Assembly (NCBI GenBank): GCA_964597815.1
Contig: CAZQZN010000003.1
Coordinates: 8,519-72,518 of the forward strand
Reading direction: 5' to 3'
From: an uncultured bacterium
GTDB taxonomy: Bacteria > Margulisbacteria > WOR-1 > JAKLHX01
Length of the DNA: 64,000 nt
Position 1 is the first letter of the stretch; every line of letters begins with the position of its first letter. The notes beneath the pieces are model-generated. The model saw only the letters and a program-made list of their open reading frames with translations. It was not told the DNA's origin and made no database searches. Of this stretch, positions 11,127 to 21,754 are shown in pieces. The translations under genes were made by a program, and so were the position numbers.

Positions 11127-11891
11127 TTACCATATTTTTTCTTTTTCTTCGATATTTCTTATAGTTGAACCTGTATATTTTATAAAGACATCTTCCAATG
11201 TTGCGTTTTCGCCGCATTTGGATTTCAAATTTGAAGGAGTATCATTGACAAGAATCTTACCGTGATCAATTATTGCGATTTTGTCACATAAGTAATCAGC
11301 TTCTTCCATGTAATGTGTTGTAAGAAGAAGAGTAATTTTGTATTCAGTATTTAACTTTTTTATATAATCCCAAATTAATCTTCTTGTTTGAGTGTCAAGC
11401 CCAAGCGTTGGCTCATCTAAAAACAAAACCTTTGGTTCGTGTATAAGGCCTCTTGCAATTTCCAGCCTTCTTTTCATCCCCCCGGAGTAATTTCTAACAA
11501 GCACATTTTCTTTTTCTTTTAATTCAACTAGCTCCAAAAGGTAATCTATTTTTTTTGTATAGATTTCTCTTGGTATTCCATACATCATTGAATGAAACTC
11601 AAGATTTTCTCTTCCGGTCAATTTTGAGTCAAGAGCCGGTTCCTGAAAAACAATCCCAATATTTTTTCTCACCTCATTTTTTTGTGTTAAAACATTGTAT
11701 CCTGCAACAAGCGCTAAACCATCAGTTGGAGTTAAAAGCGTTGATAAAATATTGATTGTAGTTGTTTTACCAGCTCCATTTGGGCCCAGCAGTGCAAAAC
11801 ATATTCCTTTTTCGATTTCAAAGGATATATTATTAATTGCGATTGTATCTTTAAATTTTTTTACCAAATTTTTTACTTCAATTGAAAGCAT
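11127..11891 (-). CDS. ABC transporter ATP-binding protein
   Basis: Walker A GPNGAGKTT, signature LSGGMKRRLEIA, Walker B LFLDEPTLGLD, H-loop TTHYM. Confidence 0.9.
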   Translation of the reverse strand: MLSIEVKNLVKKFKDTIAINNISFEIEKGICFALLGPNGAGKTTTINILSTLLTPTDGLALVAGYNVLTQKNEVRKNIGIVFQEPALDSKLTGRENLEFHSMMYGIPREIYTKKIDYLLELVELKEKENVLVRNYSGGMKRRLEIARGLIHEPKVLFLDEPTLGLDTQTRRLIWDYIKKLNTEYKITLLLTTHYMEEADYLCDKIAIIDHGKILVNDTPSNLKSKCGENATLEDVFIKYTGSTIRNIEEKEKIW

Positions 11892-11950
11892 ATACTCAAT
11901 TTTAACACTTATAATTTCAATTTTTGGAATGGATTTGCTATAATGCAGAC

Positions 11951-12427
11951 ATGAATAAAAAATCTTTCAAAAATTTGTTTGTTTCAATTTTTGTTTGTTT
12001 CTTATCTGGGATAATAGGTTCGGTTTTTACATATCCATCAATACAAACTTGGTATGTAACAATTAGAAAGCCTTTTTTTACTCCTCCAAATTGGATTTTT
12101 GGGCCCGTTTGGACTTTGTTGTATTTAATGATGGCAGTTTCACTTTTTCTTTTTATTGAATCAAGCGTTAAAACCAAAGAATTCAGAAAAGGGATAGTTG
12201 TTTTTTCGCTTCAGCTTTTGCTAAATGTTATTTGGTCTATAACCTTTTTTGGATTAAAAGATATTTTTGCAGCATTGCTTGTGATACTAGTGTTGCTGAT
12301 GGCAATATTATTGACTTTCATAGAGTTTTACAAACATGACAGAAATTCTGCTCTCTTATTGCTTCCATATTTATTTTGGGTAAGTTTTGCCACTATATTA
12401 AATTTGTCTTTGTGGCTATTAAATTAG
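11951..12427 (+). CDS. tspO: TspO/MBR family tryptophan-rich sensory protein
   Basis: WYVTIRKPFFTPPNWIFGPVWTLLY and five TM helices. ATG at 11951 chosen (MNKKSF...). Confidence 0.8.
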   Translation: MNKKSFKNLFVSIFVCFLSGIIGSVFTYPSIQTWYVTIRKPFFTPPNWIFGPVWTLLYLMMAVSLFLFIESSVKTKEFRKGIVVFSLQLLLNVIWSITFFGLKDIFAALLVILVLLMAILLTFIEFYKHDRNSALLLLPYLFWVSFATILNLSLWLLN

Positions 12428-12430
12428 ATT

Positions 12431-12844
12431 TTAAAAATTTTTTCTTGCGCTAAATCCACAATTTTGTAAAAATACCGGTTCATTAAAATAATCCAATAAT
12501 GGATAATTTCTGCATATATTTGGTCTTAATTTATAAACGCCACAAGTCCCATCACTTTTAAGATTTTTACATTTGAATACAAAATAGCAATCTTTATAAT
12601 CTATTTCCAAAAGGCTGAATTGAAACAACCACTCAATCCATTTTATATATATTTTTTTAAAAAAATCACTTTTTAGCTGAGTGTTTGTTGCTTTTATGTA
12701 TATTTTTTTGCAGCAATTTCCACACTTTTTGCAACTGCCAACGATGCTATATTTTGTCTTAAATAATGCGCGTTTTATTTTTATGTTGATAAAATTGTCG
12801 ATCAGCGTGATTAAAATCACTATTTTTCTTAAGAGTTCTGTCAT
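12431..12844 (-). CDS. YkgJ-family zinc/iron-chelating domain protein (CxxCxxCC)
   Basis: CKKCGNCCKK near the N-terminus plus additional C-terminal Cys residues (CGVYKLRPNICRNYP). Confidence 0.6.
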   Translation of the reverse strand: MTELLRKIVILITLIDNFINIKIKRALFKTKYSIVGSCKKCGNCCKKIYIKATNTQLKSDFFKKIYIKWIEWLFQFSLLEIDYKDCYFVFKCKNLKSDGTCGVYKLRPNICRNYPLLDYFNEPVFLQNCGFSARKNF

Positions 12845-12931
12845 TGTTCAATCTTGATTATATAACATTTTGACTTCTATAACTTTTTCGTAAGTGATAT
12901 AATAAAAGAAATATTTTTTAGGTGAAAAAAT

Positions 12932-13624
12932 ATGCGATATTTTTTTTGTTTTTTGTTTTGTTTCATTGCTTTAATACAATTTTCATTTAGTGAAACGCTA
13001 AAAACCTATTATCCAAGCGGGAAAATAAAAGCCATTATCAATTTGAAAGATGGAGTCAAATATGGTGAAGAAAAAGAGTATTATGAAAATGGCAAACTCA
13101 AATCTATTACGAATTATCGTGCTGGTGCAAGGCATGGAGTTAGAAAAGTCTATTATCCCGATGGTACTCTTATGTCTGAAACAACATATTACTTTAATGC
13201 TCAAAATGGTCCAGCAAAACAATATTATCCAAATGGGAAATTGCGTTCAATAGTAAATTATAAAATTGACAAAAAAGATGGTGAGGCCATAGCTTATTAT
13301 GAAAACGGAAATATTTGGTCTGAATTCTATTATGCAAATGATTTAAGAAATGGGCTTTGTAAGACATATTATGAAAATGGGAAATTGATGTCCGAGATAA
13401 ATTATGTCAATGATTTAAGAGAAGGGCCTGCAAAAGAATATTACGAAAACGGGAATTTAATGACAGAAGCAAATTATGTCAATGATTTAAAAGATGGAGT
13501 TGCAAAAGAATATTATGAAAATGGCAAGATTATGAATGAATACATATACGATATGGGAATTCCTGTAAAGGAAATAAAAAGATACGATAAAAACGGTAAT
13601 TTAATCAAGATTGAACAACTATAA
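12932..13624 (+). CDS. Secreted MORN-variant (YwqK-like) repeat protein
   Basis: Signal peptide followed by about eight tandem ~23 aa repeats of consensus YYENGKLxSExNYxNDxKDGxxK. Confidence 0.75.
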   Translation: MRYFFCFLFCFIALIQFSFSETLKTYYPSGKIKAIINLKDGVKYGEEKEYYENGKLKSITNYRAGARHGVRKVYYPDGTLMSETTYYFNAQNGPAKQYYPNGKLRSIVNYKIDKKDGEAIAYYENGNIWSEFYYANDLRNGLCKTYYENGKLMSEINYVNDLREGPAKEYYENGNLMTEANYVNDLKDGVAKEYYENGKIMNEYIYDMGIPVKEIKRYDKNGNLIKIEQL

Positions 13625-13625
13625 T

Positions 13626-14984
13626 CTATTTTCTTTTTTCCAGAGGAATATATTTTTTTTGGGGAGAAACATTTTTGTAAGCCGGCCTAATTATCCTTTT
13701 TGAGACCATCAATTCTTCAATCCTGTGGGCCATCCAACCGCCAATTCTTGCCATTGCAAATAGGGGAGTAAACAATGATTCATCTATTCCAAGGCACTCA
13801 TATACAAATCCTGAGAAGAAATCCACATTTGGAGCAATTATTTTCCCTAATCCTTTTAAGTCGTAAAATGCTTGTGGAACTATTTCTTCAAGGTTAAGAT
13901 AAAGAGATAATTCTTTTTCTCTATTTTTTTCGCTGGCGAGTTTGATTGCGTAATCTTTAAGTATCAAGGCTCTTGGATCGGATTTTGTATAGACTGCATG
14001 TCCAAACCCATAAATTTTACCGCTTTTATCACCCGCTTCTTGGTTTAATAGTTTGTAAACATAATTTCTTATTTCTTCTTTATTGTCCCAATTTTTTACA
14101 TTTTTTTTGATATCATTCATCATATCCATCACACTTTTATTCGCACCGCCATGTAATGGCCCTTTAAGTGATGCAATTGCAGCGGATATGGCTGAATATG
14201 AATCCGTTCCGCTTGAAGAAGTAACTCTTGTGGCGAATGTTGAGTTGTTGCCACCTCCGTGGTCAGCATGAAGAATTAATAAAACGTCAAGAACTTGGGC
14301 TTCAGTTTTTGTGTATGAATGATCTTTTCTTAACATATAGAAAAAATTTTCAGCTGTAAACAAGGAATCGTTTGGAGGCTGAATAAAAAGCGTAGAATTA
14401 TAAAATTTTGCTCTCATAGCGTGATATGCGTGAACAATGATAACAGGAAATTTCGCAATAAGAGATATAGCCTGTTTTATCTGGTTGTCAATAGAAAGAT
14501 CATCTGCGTTTTGATCTGAACTATAAAGTGCAAGAACAGCTCTGGCTAAACTATTCATTATATTTTTTGAGCGGAAGTTTAAAATTATATCTCTTGTAAA
14601 ATTTTCTGGCAAGTGCCTTTCTGCGGCAAAAATTTCCAAAAAATCCTTGTATTCTTTTTTCTTTGGGAGGTCTCCAAACAATAGAAGATACACAACCTCT
14701 TCGAATCAAAATCTGTCTTCTTGTCTAATACCTTCAATAATATCTTTTATGTTTCTGCCTCTATATTCCAATCTACCTTCAACCGGAACCAAATCTTCAT
14801 CGACTTTTTCATAACCGATTACAGAGGATATTCTTGTAAGGCCAACTAAGACACCGCTACCATCTTCGTTTCTAAGCCCTCTCTTAACATTATATTTTTT
14901 GAAGAGATCAGGGCTAATAAAGTTGTTTTGAGAACACTTTTCTTTTAATTTTTTTATAATTTCTTCTTTTTTTGTTTCATCCAT
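13626..14984 (-). pseudogene. Citrate synthase interrupted by an in-frame TGA
   Basis: N-terminal 92 aa ORF (14706-14984) and C-terminal 355 aa ORF (13626-14693) lie in the same frame, separated only by TGA at 14706-14708 (...EDRF*FEEVVYLLLFGDLP...). The C-terminal part carries the GFGHAVYTKSDPRA and HGGAN citrate synthase signatures. Combined length 447 aa. Confidence 0.8.
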
Positions 14985-15097
14985 TATGAATTTATATTAT
15001 CATACATGAATAATGGCGTGCAATATACAGGTTATTTTGAATATCAAACCACTGTTATGAATAAAGTTTGTGTGGAAAAATTATTAGTTTAAAATTT

Positions 15098-15400
15098 TTA
15101 ATCCAATTCGTTTCCACTAATTTCTTTAACTACTTCATCCACTGTTTTAACTTTATCTAGTTTAAAGAGTTTCATCATAAATTTCCAACTTTGGTCAACT
15201 ATTTTTTTGTTAAAGTCAAGAATTGTTTTTGTGTATTCTTCTTTTGACACTTTACCATCGCTATCTTTATCAAATAAAGACATATCTTCATAAGGGAATC
15301 CTTCCTCAAACTCTGCTTGTGTTAAGTATCCATCATCGTCAATATCCGCATTAACAAATGCTTGTTCTTGTTTTGCGCTGATTGCAGTAGTGCTTACCAT
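15098..15400 (-). CDS. EF-hand calcium-binding protein (two EF-hand loops)
   Basis: Canonical 12-residue loops DIDDDGYLTQAEFEE and DKDSDGKVSKEEY. RBS aggagga. No signal peptide. Confidence 0.7.
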   Translation of the reverse strand: MVSTTAISAKQEQAFVNADIDDDGYLTQAEFEEGFPYEDMSLFDKDSDGKVSKEEYTKTILDFNKKIVDQSWKFMMKLFKLDKVKTVDEVVKEISGNELD

Positions 15401-15465
15401 AATTTTATCCTCCTAAATATTCGAAATTTTCTATATATTAATCGTTTTTTGGTGTCAGATTCTTG

Positions 15466-15496
15466 CAAAAAAAATCCCCCTCAAAATGAGGGGGAT
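15466..15496 (-). terminator. Rho-independent terminator after the 15524-16408 gene (minus strand)
   Basis: Perfect 10 bp stem atccccctca-aaa-tgagggggat (15474-15496), with the plus-strand A8 run 15467-15474 giving the U-tract on the minus strand. Confidence 0.75.
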
Positions 15497-15523
15497 AAAG
15501 CAGAATTCCCAAAAACTGTTTAT

Positions 15524-16408
15524 TTAGTACTCACCAAGTTTGCTTATCCAACTAGCGCCTATGGCTATAGCTCCGATGATTGAATCAACAATTAAACCTA
15601 TCACAGGTACTAAACCAATTAGAGTTAGAATAACAATCCCCCAAACTATTTCGCTTACCATCGGTTGGTTATATCTTTTCATGCTGGCAAGCAATTGTTT
15701 CCCAATTATTTGGGCTATTGCCAAACAACCTAAAATAAGAGCTATTCCATATATTCCAACTTGGATTATTATTAAGGGGATTCCAACAATGCTTATTAAA
15801 AGGAAAAATGTGATCGGAACAAATAAGATTATCCAAAGTATACCCCAAAGAAATGCTTTCAAGGCATCTCTCTCAATGGCAGCTGCGGTCCAGCCAACTC
15901 TTTTTGGGAACAAAACACCTACAGCAATTCCTAAAGCTAGTATTCCCAAAAAAGCTAGTAGATTTGCGAAAATCTGAATCAATGAACTTGCATATAACAT
16001 AGAACCATTAAATGAATTTATATTTGCTGGTAGCATATTAACCTCCTTTGTTATTCCGGCTATTTTTGCCTCAGGTGATTTTTTTATGTTCCCCCCGATG
16101 GAAACAACATTACCCAAAACTCGTGCTTTTGGACCAAGCACGACTGATCCGCCAATAGCGATTGCGTTATTTATAACTTCACCGGCTATACCAATTGATC
16201 CACCAATTGTTATTGCTGAATCAATAACTGTGTTTTCGGGAATAATAACATTATTGCCGATTTTAACAATTGTCTTGTGAAATATTTTCGAATCAAGTGT
16301 TTCACCGGCGAAACTTGGCGAAAAGATTGCAAGCGCAATTATTAGCGGTAATATAAAAGTTTTTTTGAGATTCACACGATCCTCCTTTCTTTTATATTTG
16401 CCCAACAA
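15524..16408 (-). CDS. Secreted/membrane protein with an N-terminal bactofilin-like beta-helical repeat domain and a C-terminal 4-TM region
   Basis: Signal peptide (KKTFILPLIIALAIFSPSFAGE), Gly/Ile/Val-rich beta-helix repeats (IGGSIGIAGEVINNAIAIGGSVVLG...), then four hydrophobic helices. Confidence 0.55.
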   Translation of the reverse strand: MLGKYKRKEDRVNLKKTFILPLIIALAIFSPSFAGETLDSKIFHKTIVKIGNNVIIPENTVIDSAITIGGSIGIAGEVINNAIAIGGSVVLGPKARVLGNVVSIGGNIKKSPEAKIAGITKEVNMLPANINSFNGSMLYASSLIQIFANLLAFLGILALGIAVGVLFPKRVGWTAAAIERDALKAFLWGILWIILFVPITFFLLISIVGIPLIIIQVGIYGIALILGCLAIAQIIGKQLLASMKRYNQPMVSEIVWGIVILTLIGLVPVIGLIVDSIIGAIAIGASWISKLGEY

Positions 16409-16443
16409 AACCTGTTTGTAATTTTACAATATTGCTGTTTTAT

Positions 16444-16472
16444 TTGCAAGCTCAAAATTATTATGATAAAAT
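16444..16472 (+). promoter_or_regulatory. Sigma70 promoter (TTGCAA, 17 nt spacer, TAAAAT) for the EF-G paralogue
   Basis: ttgcaa at 16444-16449 and taaaat at 16467-16472. RBS aggagag and ATG 16502 lie downstream. Confidence 0.45.
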
Positions 16473-16501
16473 TTGCATTAAAAATAAATAGGAGAGGTTC
16501 T

Positions 16502-18580
16502 ATGAAGCAATATACATCTAATAGAATCAAAAATATTGTTTTGCTTGGACATTCTGGTTCTGGCAAAACTTCGCTTGCAGAAGCAATGTTGTTCAATGCT
16601 GGAGTAATCAACAGAATAGGCTCAATTGCAGAGGGGAATACTGTTTCTGATTTCGATCCGGAAGAAATAAAAAGGCAAATAAGTGTTAGAACCTCAATCC
16701 TTACTTTTGAGTATATGGATTACAAAGTTAATTTGATAGATGTTCCCGGTTTTTCAGATTTCATCGGAGAGTCAATCTCTGGGATAACATCGGCTGATTG
16801 TGCTGTTTTTACAGTTTGTGCGGTCAATGGATTAGGAGTTGGCAGTCAGGAGATGTGGAAAATTGCTAGTGAGTATAATTTGCCGAGAATAATTTTTATA
16901 AACAGAATGGACAAGGAAAGAGCTGATTATTTTGCGGTTTTAGAGTTGTTGAGAGAAACCTTTGGAAAAGATGTTATTCCGGTCCATATTCCAATCGGCA
17001 AAGAAAATGATTTTTCGGGCATCATAGATGTGCTCAAAAAGAAAGCGTACAAATTTGAGAATAATCGGATGATTGAGATCCCTATTCCAGATAATCAGAA
17101 AGAAGATATGGAAAAATGCAGAAATATGCTTATGGAAGAAGTTGTTGAAATTGATGAAAATCTTTTAGCCAAATTTATGAACAACGAGGAAATCACCGAT
17201 GAAGAGGTCGAAAATGCATTTCAAAAATCTGTTGACCACAATCAAATTTATCCTGTTCTGTGTGGTAGTGCAACAAAAAATATTGGTGTTTCAACTCTTG
17301 AATATGCTATGGAGCATTGGCTGCCCAGTGCTGACGAAAAGGTGTTAAGAGGTATCGATGGGCAAGAGAGAAAATCAGTCGAAAACGAGCCGTTTTCCGG
17401 ATATGTTTTTATGACAACAGTTGAGCCGCATGTTGGTGAGTTGTCCTTTGTGAGGATTTTTTCTGGAAAGTTGAATCATTCAAGCAATGTCTTAAATTCT
17501 TCAAGAAATTCCACAGAGCGTGTTGGTCAGATATTTTTAATGAGGGGAAAAAACCGCGAAGAGATACAAACTGCAATTGCAGGAGATATTGTAGCGCTTC
17601 CTAAATTAAAATCAACATCAACAGGGGATACGCTTTGTGAGCCAAACAAGCCAATTGTTTATCCAAAAGCAAAATATCCAGAACCTGTATATTCAATTTC
17701 TGTTAAACCAAAATCAAAAGCTGACCAAGAAAAAATGGGGATTGCTCTTAATGCATTGATGCATGAAGATCCAACTTTTTTTGTTTTGCATAATGTTGAA
17801 ACAAAAGAGACCATTATTTCTGGAATGGGAGATTCATCTTGATGTGATGCTTGAGAGACAAAAGAGAAGATTTGGTGTTGAAATAGAAGTCGGCCCTCCA
17901 AGAATTGCTTATCGAGAAACTATAAAGGGGAGAGCAAAGGCGCAAGGTAAATACAAGAAGCAGTCAGGAGGCAGAGGCCAATATGGCGACTGCTGGTTGG
18001 AGTTGGAGCCATTACCAAGAGGAAAAGGATTTCAGTTTATTGATAAAATCGTTGGTGGAGTTATACCTAAAATATTCCTGCTGTGGAAAAAGGAATCAGA
18101 GAAGCAATGGCAGGTGGAGTTGTTGCCGGATATCCGGTAATGGATGTAAAAGTAACTTTGGTTGACGGTTCATATCACGAAGTTGATTCATCAGATCTAG
18201 CTTTTAAAATTGCTGGATCAATGGGATTTAAAAAAGCTTTTTCTGAAGCAAAGCCCGTAATTTTGGAGCCAATTATGACTATGGATATAAGTGTTCCTGA
18301 TGATTGTGTGGGTGATGTTGTATCTGATTTAAACAGAAAAAGAGGAAAAATTTTGGGGATGGAGCCCTCAGCAAACAAATTTCAAATAATAAAAGCGCTT
18401 GTTCCGGCCGCTGAGTGCGCAAAATATGCTTCTGATCTAAGATCTATAAGCAGGGGGAGGGGGCATTTTACATCAAGATTTTCGCACTACGAAGAAGCGC
18501 CTGCTAAAACACAAGCGGATTTAATTGCAAAATATGACGCCCTCAAAGCTGCCGGCCAATTACAGGATAGGACATCTTAA
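16502..18580 (+). pseudogene. Elongation factor G-like GTPase (EF-G paralogue) disrupted by two compensating frameshifts
   Basis: Complete G domain (GHSGSGKTSLAEAML, DVPG, NRMD). The reading frame changes at ~17828 (GMG|EIHLDV) and returns at ~18085 (VIPK|..[12 protein letters not shown]). Three consecutive track ORFs (16463-17842, 17763-18140, 18083-18580) cover EF-G domains I to V. Confidence 0.8.
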
Positions 18581-18582
18581 AA

Positions 18583-20451
18583 ATGAGTTTGAAAAGTAAA
18601 TCATTGATCTTTTTGTCAATTTTCTTTTTGACAATCTTATTATTGGCTGGCTGTGGAGAAGAAGGTCCATCTCAAACTGCCAATGTTATTGGAAGTGTTG
18701 CTGATATTTCTTTAAATCCTATATCAGGTGCAACGGTGGTTATTGGTTCCTCGTCAACAACAACTTCTTATGATGGTTCTTTTTCCCTTGATAGAGTCCA
18801 GAGCGGAAATGTTACACTTTCTGTTTCGGCTCCCGGTTATATTTCTGTTACAAAAATCATAAATGTTAAACCAATGACAACTAATTATATTGAGAAAGTC
18901 ATATTACAAACAAGAGACAGCAAATCAACAGATGTAGGATCTGATGGAGGAATAGTTTCAAGCACTGATGGGTTGATTTCTGTTTCCATTCCATCCGGTG
19001 CTTTGTCATCTTCAACATCAATTGTAGTAACAAATTGTTCTCTTTTATCTTTGCCTTATCCTTTGCCTGATGGTTATAAATTGATCTATCTTGCTTATAT
19101 AAGCCCTTCGGATTTAAGTTTGACAACTCCTGCAACTCTTTATATCCCTTTGCAAAGTGAATTACCTGTGTATTTTTTTAGTTTTGGAGGAACTTCTTGG
19201 AATGAGTTAGGGCAGGGAAGTGAATCATCTGACAAAATTTCTATATCGATTACAAAATTTGGATGGATTGCCGCTGCTGTAAAGATGTCTGCTTATGGTT
19301 CAGTTACCGGAAAAGTTTTGTCAAGCGCAGGAGGTGCAATTGCAGGAGCGGATATTTTAACAAGTTATAAAATTGCGATAACAGATTCTTCTGGTAATTA
19401 CACGATCACAAATTTGCCCCCGGGTTCATTGACAATTACTGCCTCTAAAACAAGTTATTCAAGCAACAGCGTAAATGTTATCGTTAAGAGTTCGGAAACT
19501 GTTGCTGCATCAGATATAGTTCTTTCCCCGGCATCGACAACCGGGACAATTAATGGAAAAGTATTATCATTAAATTCTTCAGAGCCGATTCAAAATGCTA
19601 GAATTGTTGCAGGCGCCAAAACTGTTTACACTGATTCGTTAGGCAATTATTCAATTTCTGGTCTTGGTATTGGCACTGTTAAAGTTGATGTCTATGCTTA
19701 TGGATACCTAAATGAGACAGATCTTATTACAATTCCATCTTCTGGAATTGCCACAAAAACTTTTCGTTTGCAGCAAGTTTCTGTGAGTGAATTTTATGAT
19801 GACTTTGAAACTGATAAAAGCTGGACAACAACTGGTTTGTGGCAAAGAGTTAACAACTCGACTTTAGTAAAAAACACTTTAAGCCCAACTTATGTTCTTT
19901 TTCCAGCTGGCGATGATGGGAGTTTGCCAAGCGCAAAAAGCGGAAGCTATACTTATTGGTTTGGCAAAAGTGATACGGGAAGCTATATCAACGAACAATC
20001 TCCAAGCGATACTTCTCTTTCGGGTGGTACTTCTACATTCCCTTATGTAAGAGGTGATTTGATTTCACCGCAGATAAGTTTGGTCGGATTTTCCACTGTT
20101 ACTCTATCATTTTGGACATGGTGGGAGATTGAAGGCAGAGATCCAAAATTGTTTGACAAGATGGATCTTAAGATATCGGAAGATAATGGGGCTACTTGGA
20201 CAACGATTTTATCTTTGAATCCTGATTATTCAAAAACGACTGATGTTGAAAAAGGGTATTCTTCTTCTGGATTTTTTTCTATACCGGTATGGACTAAAAA
20301 TGTTGTTGATTTGACAAATTATGCTGGCAAAAATATTAGATTGTGTTTTTCATTTGATCCGGGAGATGTTAATTCAAATGGTTTTAGGGGATGGTTTATT
20401 GATGATGTTTCTATTTCTAAAGATGCTATTCTTCCTTCCTCTAAAAAATAA
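18583..20451 (+). CDS. Surface lipoprotein with four carboxypeptidase-regulatory-like (Ig/transthyretin-like) domains and a ~230 aa C-terminal beta-rich domain of unknown function
   Basis: Lipobox LLAGCGEEG. Repeated SG(N)xTxxxxxxGY modules (e.g. GSFSLDRVQSGNVTLSVSAPGY). C-terminal FSTVTLSFWTWWEIEG...GWFIDDVSI. Start is 2 nt after the EF-G paralogue stop. Confidence 0.65.
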   Translation: MSLKSKSLIFLSIFFLTILLLAGCGEEGPSQTANVIGSVADISLNPISGATVVIGSSSTTTSYDGSFSLDRVQSGNVTLSVSAPGYISVTKIINVKPMTTNYIEKVILQTRDSKSTDVGSDGGIVSSTDGLISVSIPSGALSSSTSIVVTNCSLLSLPYPLPDGYKLIYLAYISPSDLSLTTPATLYIPLQSELPVYFFSFGGTSWNELGQGSESSDKISISITKFGWIAAAVKMSAYGSVTGKVLSSAGGAIAGADILTSYKIAITDSSGNYTITNLPPGSLTITASKTSYSSNSVNVIVKSSETVAASDIVLSPASTTGTINGKVLSLNSSEPIQNARIVAGAKTVYTDSLGNYSISGLGIGTVKVDVYAYGYLNETDLITIPSSGIATKTFRLQQVSVSEFYDDFETDKSWTTTGLWQRVNNSTLVKNTLSPTYVLFPAGDDGSLPSAKSGSYTYWFGKSDTGSYINEQSPSDTSLSGGTSTFPYVRGDLISPQISLVGFSTVTLSFWTWWEIEGRDPKLFDKMDLKISEDNGATWTTILSLNPDYSKTTDVEKGYSSSGFFSIPVWTKNVVDLTNYAGKNIRLCFSFDPGDVNSNGFRGWFIDDVSISKDAILPSSKK

Positions 20452-20488
20452 TATTCTATCGTGTTATAATCTTTGTGGAGGAAATTAA

Positions 20489-21754
20489 ATGCACCCTAGG
20501 ATAGATGATGTAAGGATTGTTGATCCGGAAATTGCAAATGCTATTGATCAGGAATTAAACAGGCAGAAAAATAAACTTGAAATGATTGCATCTGAAAATT
20601 TTACTTCGCCGGCTGTGATGGAAGCGATGGGATCGGTTTTGACAAACAAATATGCAGAAGGTTATCCGGGCAAACGATACTATGGCGGATGCGAATATGT
20701 GGATATAGTCGAACAATTAGCGATTGAACGGGCAAAAAAACTTTTTAATTGCCAGCATGCAAATGTTCAACCTCATTCTGGTTCTCAGGCAAATATGGCA
20801 GCTTATCTTGCTTTTTTAAAGCCGGGTGATACTGTATTGGGATTAAACCTTTCTCATGGTGGCCATCTTACTCATGGAAGCCCGGTAAACATCTCGGGGA
20901 TGTATTTTAACTTTATTCCTTATGGAGTAAGAAAAGAAGATGAGACAATAGATTATGAACAATTAAAAGAATTGACTAAAAAACACAAACCTAAAATGAT
21001 TGTTGCCGGAGCAACGGCTTATCCAAGAGAAATAGATTTTCAGAAAATGAGAAAGATTGCAGATGAAGCAGGCGCTTATTTGATGGTGGATATTGCGCAT
21101 ATTGCTGGGTTGGTGATTGCTTCTTTGCATCAGTCGCCTATTCCTTATGCTCATGTAACTACTTCAACAACTCATAAAACTTTAAGAGGTCCTAGAGGAG
21201 GGCTTATTTTAACCAGTGAACAATTTGCAAAACAAGTTGACAAATCTGTTTTTCCGGGTTCGCAGGGAGGTCCTTTGATGCATGTTATTGCTGGTAAAGC
21301 GGTGGCGTTTTATGAAGCATTGCAACCAAGTTTTAAAAAATATCAGGAACAAATCGTTAAAAATGCTAAAGCCCTTGCGAAAGCGATGATAAAGAATGGA
21401 TTTAGGCTTGTTTCAGGCGGCACGGATACACACCTGATTCTTGTTGATTTGATGTCAAAAGGATTAACAGGAAAAATTGCGGAAAAGGTTTTAGATGAAG
21501 TCGGTATAACAGTCAATAAAAATACAATTCCATTTGACACTCAATCTCCTTTTGTTACAAGCGGGATTAGGATAGGTACTCCTGCATTGACAACAAGAGG
21601 ATTTAAAGAAGAACAAATGGAAGAAATTGCGGATATAATTGCAAAAGTTTTATCAAATCCTGAAAATGATCTTGTTAAGAGTGAAGCAAAAGAAAGGGTG
21701 TCAAAATTAGCTCAGCTATTTCCTTTATATGAGCAAGGATCTGTAAAGCCGTGA
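20489..21754 (+). CDS. glyA: Serine hydroxymethyltransferase
   Basis: PLP-Lys region [33 protein letters not shown]. Ends with TGA, overlapping the ftsE start. Confidence 0.95.
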   Translation: MHPRIDDVRIVDPEIANAIDQELNRQKNKLEMIASENFTSPAVMEAMGSVLTNKYAEGYPGKRYYGGCEYVDIVEQLAIERAKKLFNCQHANVQPHSGSQANMAAYLAFLKPGDTVLGLNLSHGGHLTHGSPVNISGMYFNFIPYGVRKEDETIDYEQLKELTKKHKPKMIVAGATAYPREIDFQKMRKIADEAGAYLMVDIAHIAGLVIASLHQSPIPYAHVTTSTTHKTLRGPRGGLILTSEQFAKQVDKSVFPGSQGGPLMHVIAGKAVAFYEALQPSFKKYQEQIVKNAKALAKAMIKNGFRLVSGGTDTHLILVDLMSKGLTGKIAEKVLDEVGITVNKNTIPFDTQSPFVTSGIRIGTPALTTRGFKEEQMEEIADIIAKVLSNPENDLVKSEAKERVSKLAQLFPLYEQGSVKP

